Shown: positions 53,030-64,000 of the stretch, piece by piece
How the letters are laid out: every line of letters begins with the position of its first letter
Position numbering within the stretch: the stretch's first letter is position 1
Assembly (NCBI GenBank): GCA_951406725.2
Contig: OX597837.1
Span: forward strand, 14,942,001 to 15,006,000
DNA from: Octopus vulgaris
Taxonomy: Eukaryota
Direction: 5' to 3'
Length of the DNA stretch: 64,000 nt
Translations under genes and position numbers: made by a program
Notes under the pieces: model-generated
Told to the model about the DNA's origin: nothing
Seen by the model: only the letters and a program-made list of their open reading frames with translations
Database searches by the model: none

Positions 53030-53949
53030 GGTTTTAGAGAAGCTAGTGAGCTTGAGGTCTGCCCCAAGCACTGCTGTTGGTATGGTCCCTATGGCTGAAT
53101 GCCCTTCCTTACGCCCACCACTTTATAGAATGTGCTGGGTTCTTTTGATACATAGCACCAACACCAGCAAGCATGGGTTGGGCGGTTTGACATGGTGGTG
53201 GTTAGCAGGGAGCTGTCCAGACCCCAACTGTCTATTGTGGTATGGTTTCTACAGCTGGACGCCCTTCCTAATGCCAACCACTTTACAGAGTGTGCTGGAT
53301 GCTATTTACATACCACTGGCACAGGTGCATTAACGTAGAACCAGCACAGGTGTGTTAACACAGCACGTGAAAGGACAAGCCTGTATGTGTGGAAAACAGT
53401 GATTTCAATTAGCTTGATGCCTTTTTATCAGGTACAGCAAATCACAACATCTCTTGGTCCAGAATGTGTTTTACGCACATCGAATGGCTATGGAAGTCCA
53501 GTAGAGTAAAATGGGAATCCAAGGGGGTCCATAGGTTAAAAAAAAGTGGGGTTGAGAATCGCTACTGCAGAGGGAGTTACTTGTACAATTTGAAGGACTT
53601 TTGTCAGTTTTAAACAAATTATGCCCTCTCCATGCGATGCTTATATATCTTTCTCAGAGCAGAAATATTTTTCTTCAGAATCATTTGGAGACTAAAGGGG
53701 TTTAAATATAGGGAAAACTGCTTGTGAGGGTTCGATTCGGTCTGCTAGCATGTGTCCAAGCGTGTAAAATTGTATTGTTGAGCCTCAGGGCGGCACTAAA
53801 TCAGGAGATCCTTCGTCGAAGGTTTTCAAGTCGCAGCCACATCCTATATACACCTAAGTGTACCAAGGATAACATTAGCCAATGTACTCTTCCGCTTTTA
53901 AGAGAGAAGAGTGCATTTGAATGAAATAGAACTATTGTTTCTAGCAGGT

Positions 53950-54450
53950 TGGACAGCCGCAAAAAGGCTCCCACGCTGGCTCGGGTATATAGTGCGTATG
54001 TGTGTATGTATGTGTCAGTATGTGTAGTGGGCGGGTATAGGAGATGGCATACCTATCAAATACACGGTGTGTGCGCGCGCGGGTGCGAGCGGTTTTGTTG
54101 GTTTAACACAGCGGAAGATGATAAAAACAAGATTGAATAAAAAAAATCTCCCACCCGCTTTTCTATGCAACATTTTCCCAAATCCCGCCCCCCACCCGCC
54201 GAGACACACACGACTCCGTTTAAAAAAAAAGGAAAGCAAACCTGGCACCTTCTGCACTCCCATCCACCCGGAATACCCGCAGCCCTCCTCTTCCGCCACC
54301 CTCTTTCTCTTCCCAATTCCGAACCCTCGTCTTCTCACCCCTTTTCCCCGTTTCACTCTCTAACTATCACTTTCTCTGTCGTTGGTGGTGGTCGTGGTGG
54401 TAATGGTATAGGTACGGCTGACTGACTCACTTCGAATAGCTCTCTCTCTG
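53950..54450 (+). promoter_or_regulatory. Candidate Pol II promoter in a CpG-rich island
   Basis: tatatag at 53986 and Inr-like tcagt with A at 54017 (31-nt spacing), gcgcgcgc, CpG-rich and SINE-free, followed by CT-rich tracts. Confidence 0.4.
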
Positions 54451-54489
<39 letters not shown>

Positions 54490-54493
<4 letters not shown>

Positions 54494-54612
54494 TCTGCTT
54501 CTCTCATTCTCTCTCTCTCGTCTGCTTCTCTCATTCTCTCTCTCTCGTCTGCTTCTCTCATTCTCTCTCTCTCGTCTGCTTCTCTCATTCTCTCTCTCTC
54601 GTCTGCTTCTCT
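54490..54612. repeat. 27-bp CT-rich minisatellite, 5 copies
   Basis: cgtctgcttctct at 54492, 54519, 54546, 54573 and 54600. Confidence 0.9.
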
Positions 54613-56559
54613 TTTTCATTGAATAAACCCCAGATCCGTCCAAACCGAGGCAGATGTGTGTCTCTTCTCTCTGTCTTTACGTGAGCGCGCGCGTACTATG
54701 TGCGTGTGTAATACATGAATAAATTATGTAAATGACGAACTTCCTTTTCACAGTATAAAAATCGCTATGAACCTGCTTCTACACTATTCGTTTTATGGGG
54801 CCCCGTCAGCTCTGTTTCTACTACTGACACTACTACAACCGCTTCTCTCTCTCTCTCTAAGCCACACCTACTTTGCGTGTGTGCAGGCGCGTGTTCAGGG
54901 TGGGTCGTTGAGAGAAAATAATACTCAGGAAGACTTGATACCGTTTCTCTTTTTTTAATCGATCAACTGCTGTGAATTCACATCTCGATATCTTAATTAT
55001 AAATAGTAGTAGTAGTAGTAGTAGTACTAGTAATTAATTTTTTCTTTCTTTTTTTTTTTACTATTAGTACGTCTAGTAGTGGTGGTATTATGAGTATTTC
55101 TTCACCGAATTTTGGCCACGACTATCACTACTTCTTTCTTTTTTCTCACTGCTATTACCACCAGCACCACCGGTAGTCTGAAAATTACTACTACTGCTAC
55201 TACTACAACTAATAATATTACTACACGTACTATTACCACCACCACCACCACCGCCGCCACCACTACATTTAACTACCGCTGCTTTTTACTACCGCTTAAT
55301 TCCGCTGCTGCTTCGAGGAATAAATTACATTGACCATTTTATGAAATTTAACCTTTAATTAAGCGAAGTAATTATTGTAATTAAACTAATCTACCTTGTT
55401 TGCAATTAAACTAAACGAATCTACATTCTTCAATGTTATAAATCTCAAAATAATAACCGTCGGTTCCTTCTTTCGTTTGCATTTCCATTTTTTCTTTTTT
55501 AACTCAATTCCTTAAATAATGCTGTTTAATTTTATGTTAATGAGAATCTAATTCCTGGATGAATTAATTCCCAATATAGCGATATATTAGACATGTGCTG
55601 GTGATATCGAAATGGAAGAATTCAAATGGAAATTAAATAAATTATAGACGAATTGCTGAGGAGCAAGTGAGAAGCGGAAAGGGAAAAAATAAAGCTCGTA
55701 CGAACCGAATTTTGCAATGCGGTTTCGGTTTTTGGTTGGGGCCCATGTCGTTTCCCCTTAAGTATTTATGTCAAGTCGAAAGAAATGTATGAATGTCACA
55801 ACTTCGTATCCACCCCACCTTTTTACTTTTGAAAAGTCGACAGTTTTTTTGGGGTGGGTTTTTTTTGTGAGGAGGGGCTGATAAAAAAAAGGCTCAATTG
55901 TGTGTGCGAGTGTGTTTGCGTTAAGGTGTGTGTGTGTGTGTGAGAGAGAGAAAGGACGGTTCTTTGGATCGATATGGGGGAGAATCCGTTGCCCGCGGAC
56001 AAAATTTCGCCTGCATTCAGATCTGAAACCGTTTGTGGACAAAGTCTCTGAAAATACTATTTAAAAGATAAGAGAGAAAAGAAGAAGAAAAACCCAGCTT
56101 GGGCCTTAAAACCACCAAAGTAATCAAATAATATATGAATAAGCTACATGCATCATCTATGGAATTGTAAAAGTGAAGGTGCTTTGATATTTTCCACCAT
56201 AGATGCGTCACTTCAAAATCGCCCTTGGTTATTAGGAGAGAGAGAGAGAGAAGGGTCTCCACCTGTTTTGACTGACCCTTTACAAATCCTTTTATACACT
56301 TCATGATGTGTAATGTCTGTATTAAAAACCATTATTGACGGAAAGTTCACACGGCCGCATGCACACATATGTGAGCGTATTATGTATGTATTATATGCAG
56401 TGGCAAAACTAAAAAAAAAAAAAAGCAGAAGGAAGAAGTGGTGGGGGAGAGGAAAAGGTGAAAAATCAATATATTACTCATTCTGCTTGTCTTCGCCGGC
56501 CGGCAACTATTGCAAATACGACATGGTGGCTTAAATAAAAGCTAATTGGGTGCACAGCT

Positions 56560-56839
56560 TGCTCTCTCTCTCTCTCCAACTTCTTCCTCTCTCTCTCTCT
56601 CTCTCCCTCCCTCCCTGCCTTTCTCTCTCTCTCTCTCTCCCCAACCTCTTCTCTCTCCAACTTCTTTCTCTCTCTCTCCTCCCTCCTTGCTTTTCTCTTT
56701 CTCTCTCTCTCTCTAACCTCTTCTCTCTTCAACTTCTTTCTCTCTCTCTCCAACTTCTTTTCTTCTCTTTCTCTCTCTCTCCCCCAACCTCTTCTCTCTC
56801 CAACTCCTTTCTCTCTCTCTCTCCAACCTTTTCTCTCTT

Positions 56840-56862
<23 letters not shown>
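56560..56862. repeat. Polypyrimidine tract with ccaac(t/c)t interruptions
   Basis: About 300 bp, almost all C/T. Confidence 0.9.
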
Positions 56863-56873
<11 letters not shown>

Positions 56874-57964
56874 GACATTCATGACATGTCTTCAGGAATA
56901 AACAAATAATACATAGAAATAATACAAATATCTTTCACAAATAGCAGCCGTAATGATAAACGTGGACGATTAGACATTGCAACGCTGCACGTATCAGTCA
57001 GAAGAAGACACAACAATGGAACGAATCAGCAGAACCTACGAAGATCTCTTAAACATGCGGCTAAATAAATAAACACACACACACGCACGATCCATAATTA
57101 AGGCGGCGACCTGACAAAAACCGTTAACACGCCGGACCAAACGCTTAGCGGCATTTTGTCCGGCTTTACGTTCTAACTTCAGATACCGCCGAGGTCGGCT
57201 TGGCCTTTTGTCCTTTCGAGGTCGATAAAATTATTAGGGCTGATGTAATCCACTTGCTTCCTCCCCTAAAAACTTCTGACCTTGTGCCAAATTTAGAAGG
57301 AAGGAAAACATTATTAAGGTGCTGAGCTGGCAGAATTATTAGTGCGTCGGACAAAACGTTTAGCGTCATTTCTTCCGGCTCTTTACATTCTGAGTTCAAA
57401 TGTCGCCGAGGGCATCTTTGCTTTTTATCATTTTAGGGTCGATAAAATAAGTACCAGTTCAGCAGTGGGGTCGATGCAACCGACTAACCCTTACCCTTGA
57501 AACTGCTACCCTGTGCCAAAATTTGAAATCACTATTATTAGTGATGTGTGACTAAAGGGATTCAGGTTCGCCATATTCCGGACAGAATCGTCTGTTTAAT
57601 CCTCTCCCACCTCATTCATTAACCATGCGTTAAGTTTCACTAAGATACGTTTCTTTATTGGTCACACAAGGCTGAACACAGAGGGGACAAAATACAAAGT
57701 AGAGCTTTTCTTTTTGAGAGGAAAAAAGTGGTGGGGTGAAGCATTTCGATCAAAAGGGATCGTGGAGGAAAAAAAAAAAGGCCGATCAATAGGGATCGTG
57801 TATCACAAGATAAAAACTCCTTTGGTCTTGTGCCATTTCGCCGCCTGATTAGGAAGACAAGAAGACATGGCAAGTGAGACGGGGTCAAACCACTCGACTG
57901 TCAAATGGAATTATTCAGTACAGTTCCATCCATTCATTTTTGCTGGGAGAGCCGTTGGGGTAGA

Positions 57965-58180
57965 ATTCTCAGGTACCTCCTCCATAAGGTCCTATCATTT
58001 TCCTGCTGGATTCCCAACTACAACCAACTGAAACGATGGATGTTATCCAGCCAATTCGCTGTAGGTTTGCTCTTAGATTTCCTGTCGGCTGGCGTTGGCT
58101 CGTCTTGAAGTAGCCATCTTGCGGTCCTTCCTTGCGAGTGAAATCACTAAATTCCTCTGCCCTTCTGACCACTCTACACT
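57965..58180 (-). mobile_element. Decayed RTE LINE 3' end
   Basis: Minus strand gives VVRR...PTANWLDNI...DRTLWRR. Confidence 0.55.
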
Positions 58181-58829
58181 GTAATCACTCCAGTCCAGTT
58201 TGATCCACTGGTCAATGCACGCACCCCAACTGACCCCAGTTCATCTATCGGTCACCGAAGAAGTCATTGGTAACTTTACTCGCCAGTGAGGTTATATTAT
58301 TCCAGCGTTTCTCAAAGCGGAGAAGCGCTGCCTCCTGGCTGGGGACGGGGTGACGCTGGAATATTTTATAGGGGTACCGCAACGAAGAGATGTTAGAAGT
58401 AACGGATGCATCTTTTACCTAGATTTCAAAGACATTTCCAACCTTTATTCTGTGCGAATATATCTGGTAATATTATAATCAAAATGCTTAGTGGTATTTC
58501 GTCTATTTTGACTTTCTGAGTTCAAATTTCTCTGCCCCCACCCCCGGAACTGCAGGCATTATGCCAAAATTTGAAACAATGTTTTAATCAAAATGTTGTA
58601 TTGACATTCTACATTAAATCGATGAAATGACTTGGGTGCAAGGAGTGTTGTAAAAGCCATCAACTTGTCGGCAGTAATTTTTTGTGGCATATTTAATTTT
58701 GTTGAATCGTCACAAGGCGACATTGAAAGAGTGTTAGTAAAAGAAATGGATCGATAGTTTAAGACGTTTGAGAAGCATTGCGTTAACTGATCACTTATGA
58801 ATCGATTGTCGTTGAAAGAGTCTCTGAAA

Positions 58830-59220
58830 TCCCCAAATTGCCGATAAGATTGTTGATCGCTGATCACTTATTGGTCAAAAGCGTTATTGGTGGCATAAAC
58901 TGCCTACAAGGCTGTCTCAACTGATCATTTAGTTACTGCTGACATAATCCATGAAATTATTGGCGGCTCAAAACGTCTGTAAGGCTGTCTCGACTGATCT
59001 GTTGAATGCCGGTGACAGAAACGGCTGTAAGTCTCACAGCCGATCTGTTGATTACTGGTGACTTATGATGAAGTTATTGGTGAACCAAAACGTCCGTAAG
59101 GCTCTCTCTCAAAACGTTTTTCAATGCTGTCTTAACTAATCTGCTGAACGCTGATGACCCAAAAAGTCTTTAAGGTTTTCTCAATTGAGCTGTTCAACGC
59201 CGATGACGTTTGTCAGTGAC
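58830..59220. repeat. Diverged tandem repeat with core aaggctgtctc.actgatctg
   Basis: The core recurs about 6 times at irregular 45-75 bp spacing. Confidence 0.6.
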
Positions 59221-60383
59221 GAAGTGACAGGTGAATAGGAACATCAATAATAATCTTTTTTATCAAGCTTTATTGATCACAAATGTTTTTCGTGGCTGAC
59301 TCATTGGTCTGTAAAGGAATCGTTGAGATCCCTAACAATGGAATAAAACACATCGGCAGAAGAGACTAATCGACAGTGCAGCCAGCGTCGTCTTTTCGAC
59401 GATGTGGATAATTAAGCGCAGTGGTAGTCATCGTAACAGCGACGGTGGTGGTGGTATACTACTACTACTACAACTACTACTAATACTACTACTATTAGTG
59501 GTGGTGGTGGTGGTGGCGATGCGTTAGCGGCAACAATGACAGTAGCATTGATAGTGGTTGTTGTCCTGATCGAACAGGCGAAAGACGTTTCAGCCGTGAC
59601 CATCCTGTCTGTTTTCAGATCACATTATCCAACATGATGTAATCGATTATCCTCCTTCCCCGATTTTCAGGCTTTGTGCCTATAAGAGAAAGGTTTGTCC
59701 AACATGTTCTTTATATATCGGCATTGTAGTTTAAGGTTCACAAAAATGCCTTGTGGTTGTTTGGTTACTCCTCTTTATACCTTGAGTAAAAAGATTAGCG
59801 GGGGGAAAGGAGTACTGCCGAGATCAACGGAGCCTCCTCTCGTCCTGTCAGAGTAGATTTAATATTTCCATAAAGCATCTTGAAGGTGTAAATAGAATTG
59901 TCACCTCGGACAAAGAATGACCTCGTAAGGCCTCTCCCCCCACCTCCGCCCTTCGTTGGTTCCTTGCATTGAGGGTGGTAGGGGTGGCGGCGGTGCTTGT
60001 AGTATCAACAGCTGTTGTAATGCAATAATCGGGGGTGGGGGTGGAATTCACTTCGCTCGCACACGCACCTAAGATATTGAGGAATAAATACTTGAAATTA
60101 TAGCGAAAATATTTTTGTGCAAAGCGATTTGTGAGAGCTTAATGGGGGGTTTTGGGGCTTCTTTTTTTGATGTGCACTTTAAAAAATACGCATACACTTA
60201 GAAATCAAATCGAGCTACACGTGATAGATAGATAGGTAGGTAGATAGATAGATAGATAGGTAGATAGACAGATAGATAGGTAGGTAGATAGACAGATAGA
60301 TGGATAGATAGATAGATAGATAGATAAGATAGATAGATAGATAATGGTGATGCAAACAGGAAAAATAGAGCTCAAAATATGAG

Positions 60384-60524
60384 TGTCGACTTTGCCTTTC
60401 ATCCTTTCGGGGTCGATTAAATAAGTACCAGTTACGCACTGGGGTCGATGTAATCGACTTAATCCGTTTGTCTGTCCTTGTTTGTCCCCTCTGTGTTTAG
60501 CCCCTTGTGAGTAGTAAAGAAATA
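60384..60524 (+). mobile_element. SINE family A 3' unit, young
   Basis: Near-consensus sequence with CpGs intact. Confidence 0.8.
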
Positions 60525-60799
60525 ATATATATTAATATTTATCTGAAGCAACGGTGGCTCAAGGTCCGAGTGTTTCGTGCGTTCACACTTATCAATCGTT
60601 TGTATAGAGAAAGAGAGAAACCTGAAAACAAACTATTCGAATGACAGTGAAGGTTAACCCTTTTCGATTAACCAGAGAAGTGGTTGGTTTTCGACTTCGG
60701 TGTTACGCTTATGAAAATCGAAGGCATGTCTGTTCAAGATAGATATGCTATAATCCTCAGAGTGTGTGAATAACATTAATTTTCAACCGAGGAAAAGCG

Positions 60800-61493
60800 A
60801 AGACAGATTCGTGTTAGGAGAGAGAGAGATAGTTCTGCTCGCATCCAGTCTTAAAACTCTCTCTTTTTCCACATACCTTACAGTAGTACTACACGCCGAA
60901 TAAAACGTGTGCACCATTTTCATTCTTATTATAACTGCTACCGCTTATATAGCAGATATATATATAAGCCCCAGTGCCTGCTTACACACTCGGGCATAGC
61001 TCTTATTTCTTTTTTCTACTCCTATACACTGACGCACGCACCGAGGCCTACACCGCATACTTTACCACCATCACCACCATCGTCGTCATCATCACTACAA
61101 TAACCCCCCCCCCCTCGTGCTCACTATCACCTCCCCTTCAAAACTGCCACATACACCCTGCTTCTATTTCCTCGCCTATTTAATGTCCCTCCACCCTCCA
61201 CTCCTTCACAAGCTTCTTGCCTCGTTCTTTCCTCCTCCTCCTCTTGCCTTCCCTCTTCTTCTCCGTCTCCTTTGTGCGCCTATCGCTATCTAGCAGTTCT
61301 CCTCCCCTTCTCTTGCTCTTTCTCTCTTTTTCCCCCTTTTCCGTTTCTCTCTCTCTCTCTGTCTCTCTTTCCTTCGTCTCCCCCCTCTCTAGTAGCAGCA
61401 GTAGAAGTACAAGAAACAGCAGCAGCAGCAGTCTGTCTGTCTGTCTGATTGTTAAAGCCATTTGGAATACATAGAGACGACACTCCGTCAAAA
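60800..61493 (+). promoter_or_regulatory. Candidate promoter and pyrimidine-rich 5' UTR
   Basis: CpG-rich and TE-free; TATA-like ttatatag and tatataag at 60945-60968; C/T-rich leader leading to a good ATG. Confidence 0.45.
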
Positions 61494-61538
61494 ATGACCA
61501 GCAGGACGCCTGTCAAGAAAGTCCCCATCCACTTACAG
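61494..61538 (+). CDS. Probable first coding exon of an unidentified gene (MTSRTPVKKVPIHLQ, phase 0)
   Basis: tcaaaaATG invertebrate-type start context, 15 codons, consensus donor CAG|gtaagt at 61539. Confidence 0.6.
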
Positions 61539-62931
61539 GTAAGTGGACACTACACTGTTCATAAGGGACACTGTCTACCGTTTTTGGGGGGACCCTTTTT
61601 TTCCCCCAAAGGTCCATCTCCGAATTTATTTCCTCACACACATCCAAAAAAAAAAACCCTCCCTCTCTCTGTCACCGTTTCATAACTAAACTATCCGACG
61701 TATCTGGCAATGTGCGTGTGTGCGCTTTCTATATATGTGTGTGCGTGTATATATATATATATATGTATATATATGTGTGTAGAGGGAGAGAGTGCGTTAG
61801 TTATTTGCCTTTGATTAGTAATATGGTAAGGGGTCAAATTATAATTAAGTGTCCAGTATATTTTAAACCTCCCGATTTAATAATAGTTCCTTCTTAATTG
61901 ACCTTTTGCGGCAACCACACATGCACACCGACCGCATGATATTGTTATATATGTACAATTTATTGACAGGGACTTCGAATTTCCGCAGGTGATCGCCTGT
62001 TTTCTATAAATATATATATAGAGAGAGAGAAAGAGAGATCTGTCTATATGTCTATTTCATGTGTGTGAAGTGAATTTCCGCGCATTTACTTCGCTATATC
62101 CTGGTCCACGTCGTGACCGATCTCTCTTTCAATCTACTTATTAGTACATGGGAATATTTTCGGAGACAATCTGAACGGCTCAGTCTAGATGTGGCCGCCC
62201 ACCCTGTGTCGGTGGTGGTGGTTGTAAAAGTCACGATGCCACCGTTTTACAGTGGTTGCATTGTAGACTCGCTGACATCCCCCCTTCGTATATCTTCTTC
62301 TCCGCTGCTTCACTTGCGATGCCCCTCCATTTCCCACTGTATTATACATTAGCAATTTCATTAGCTAATAAAGTGTATTTTATCATCTTGTATGAAATAT
62401 TGTCTCTTCTTTCCATTAATAAGAATGTCATGCACGATGCATGGCCGGAGGTGGAGATCTTAACTGTTAGAGATTTGTGTGTTCGCATCAGCGAACTGTT
62501 TTCTCTAACGTTTATCATACACACACACACATTAATAATATATATTTGCAGTACTTGATCATTAAATATTCCCTCCTCCTATTCTCGTAGTTATTAAATA
62601 GAGGTGAAAGGGACCAAGCCGGATGAAAAAGGTCAGACAGGCTAAACTGCATAGACAGCTGCTACTGTTAAACAGCCCCTCTCTGTAAATGCATATTTGC
62701 CGGTGTCACGATCGGAGTATTTGACCGGCGATTCCTGCCGGCCTCTTGGCCATTTCGAGACCGGCACGATTCGGTTTTCCTCGGTGGCCATTTGTTTTCT
62801 GAAATCGTTCGTTTTTTCTGTCGTTGTGAATAAAGCAAATGCGGTACAATTGGAAGATTACAGAAATTATCGAAGCACATTGGACTTAATACACTGCCCG
62901 AGGGACACCTTCCTTACTGTACAGGGACCGT

Positions 62932-63112
62932 CGTGGGATCGTACTTAGGGGCAGTGCTAGATAAAAGCATCGGTTTTAGGGGTTGCTGCCCAGGTGTCTC
63001 TCTGCTAACTGGAGGGCCTCCAGAGATATCGAGAAGTTACTGAAAATATTACTGAAGTGGGCCTTGTAGTACTTCGTTATCTAGGGGCCTATAAAATATT
63101 AATCCGGCTTTA
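62932..63112. mobile_element. Possible decayed hAT-like MITE
   Basis: Ends cagggaccg... and ...ttaatccggcttt, with internal gggcc motifs. TIRs imperfect, no TSD seen. Confidence 0.3.
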
Positions 63113-63794
63113 CTTTAAGAATAATAATTTCACCTACAAATAAAAATGAAATATAAATTTATGGCTGATTACTCATTATGGTAATTATATATATGATCAA
63201 TGAACTGTACCACACACACACACACATTCACTGTACAGAATGCTGCTTACTCTACTTCTACTACTATAAAGCAGCACTATGTGTGATGTAATCTCAGTCA
63301 CCATTCTTAGTTCCAAGACATCACTGCTAGCATCATCAACCTGCTTCTTATTCTCAGCAGCTTATAAGCCTCGGTTCGCGCTTCCAGATTTCATGATCGA
63401 CACCAGTTAGCTTTCTTTGGCCCTTGCCTTAGGCGAGATAATCTGCTCGGATAATCCTGGCTTCGATGTGAGTGTGTGCAGATAATGTTATATCAGTAGA
63501 TAATAACTACTGCTCGAGTGTGCAAACAGGCTGACAACCATTCCTCTCGCCGCTGTGTGTGAGAGAGAGAGAGACAGACACACACGCACACAGTAGGAAT
63601 TCTGATGTGTTGCAAGACGAACGGTGGCTTCGCTGTCGTCGATCACAAACCGATCTTCGGTTTGCTTCTTTCATCGACGACCACCAACTATCACTACTAT
63701 AATAGACAAATAGGTCAGATCCAGCACTGGCTGTCACGTCGTTAACATCACCGCATACAGAATTCATTATTCTCGTGCTAATATCTAACCAGCC

Positions 63795-63982
63795 ATGGCG
63801 AAATATACCGTCACACTCAATAATTTGCTGCATAAAAAGTTAATAGCATTTTCTGTGAAAAGTATCTGTTATAATTTCACCGTAATTTCATATTTTAATT
63901 ATGTGTATCTTTGGCTTCGGCTTCAGTCATCCTATACGGAATCGGGCCACATGAAGCTTATAACTTTCAAAGAACCTGTTTG
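63795..63982 (+). CDS. Possible further alternative first exon
   Basis: gccATGG after a CpG-rich, GA-repeat leader; open frame to a possible donor TG|gtaatt. No homology recognised. Confidence 0.2.
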
Positions 63983-64000
63983 GTAATTATGAGCGGTTAA

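Noticed and set aside
61494-61538. Assignment to MARK/Par-1 kinase from the MxxRTP start
   Set aside because: Only a few residues match and the rest differs. No gene symbol is justified.

Overview
AT-rich, microsatellite-saturated animal genomic DNA, most likely a coleoid cephalopod (Octopus-like; inferred from the tRNA-derived SINE families, not proven). There is no intact multi-exon protein-coding gene and no prokaryotic feature. Almost all ORFs in the track are artefacts of simple repeats or SINEs. The window looks like the long 5' intronic region of a large + strand gene with several candidate promoters or short first exons; the best is 61494-61538 (MTSRTPVKKVPIHLQ|gtaagt). It is packed with at least five SINE-like families, truncated LINEs (CR1/L2-like RT, several RTE, one RLE-type), a decayed Penelope-like element, and mariner-, hAT- and piggyBac-type MITEs. 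Most notable: (1) seven type I hammerhead-ribozyme motifs, mostly in small (TA)n-associated cassettes, including a double-hammerhead cassette and a U3-A8 core variant; (2) a candidate recursive splice site with an antisense element that could mask it, plus a hairpin-masked donor at the best first exon; (3) a SINE that appears to move as a 184-bp tandem multimer. Coordinates were read by eye and element ends are approximate.
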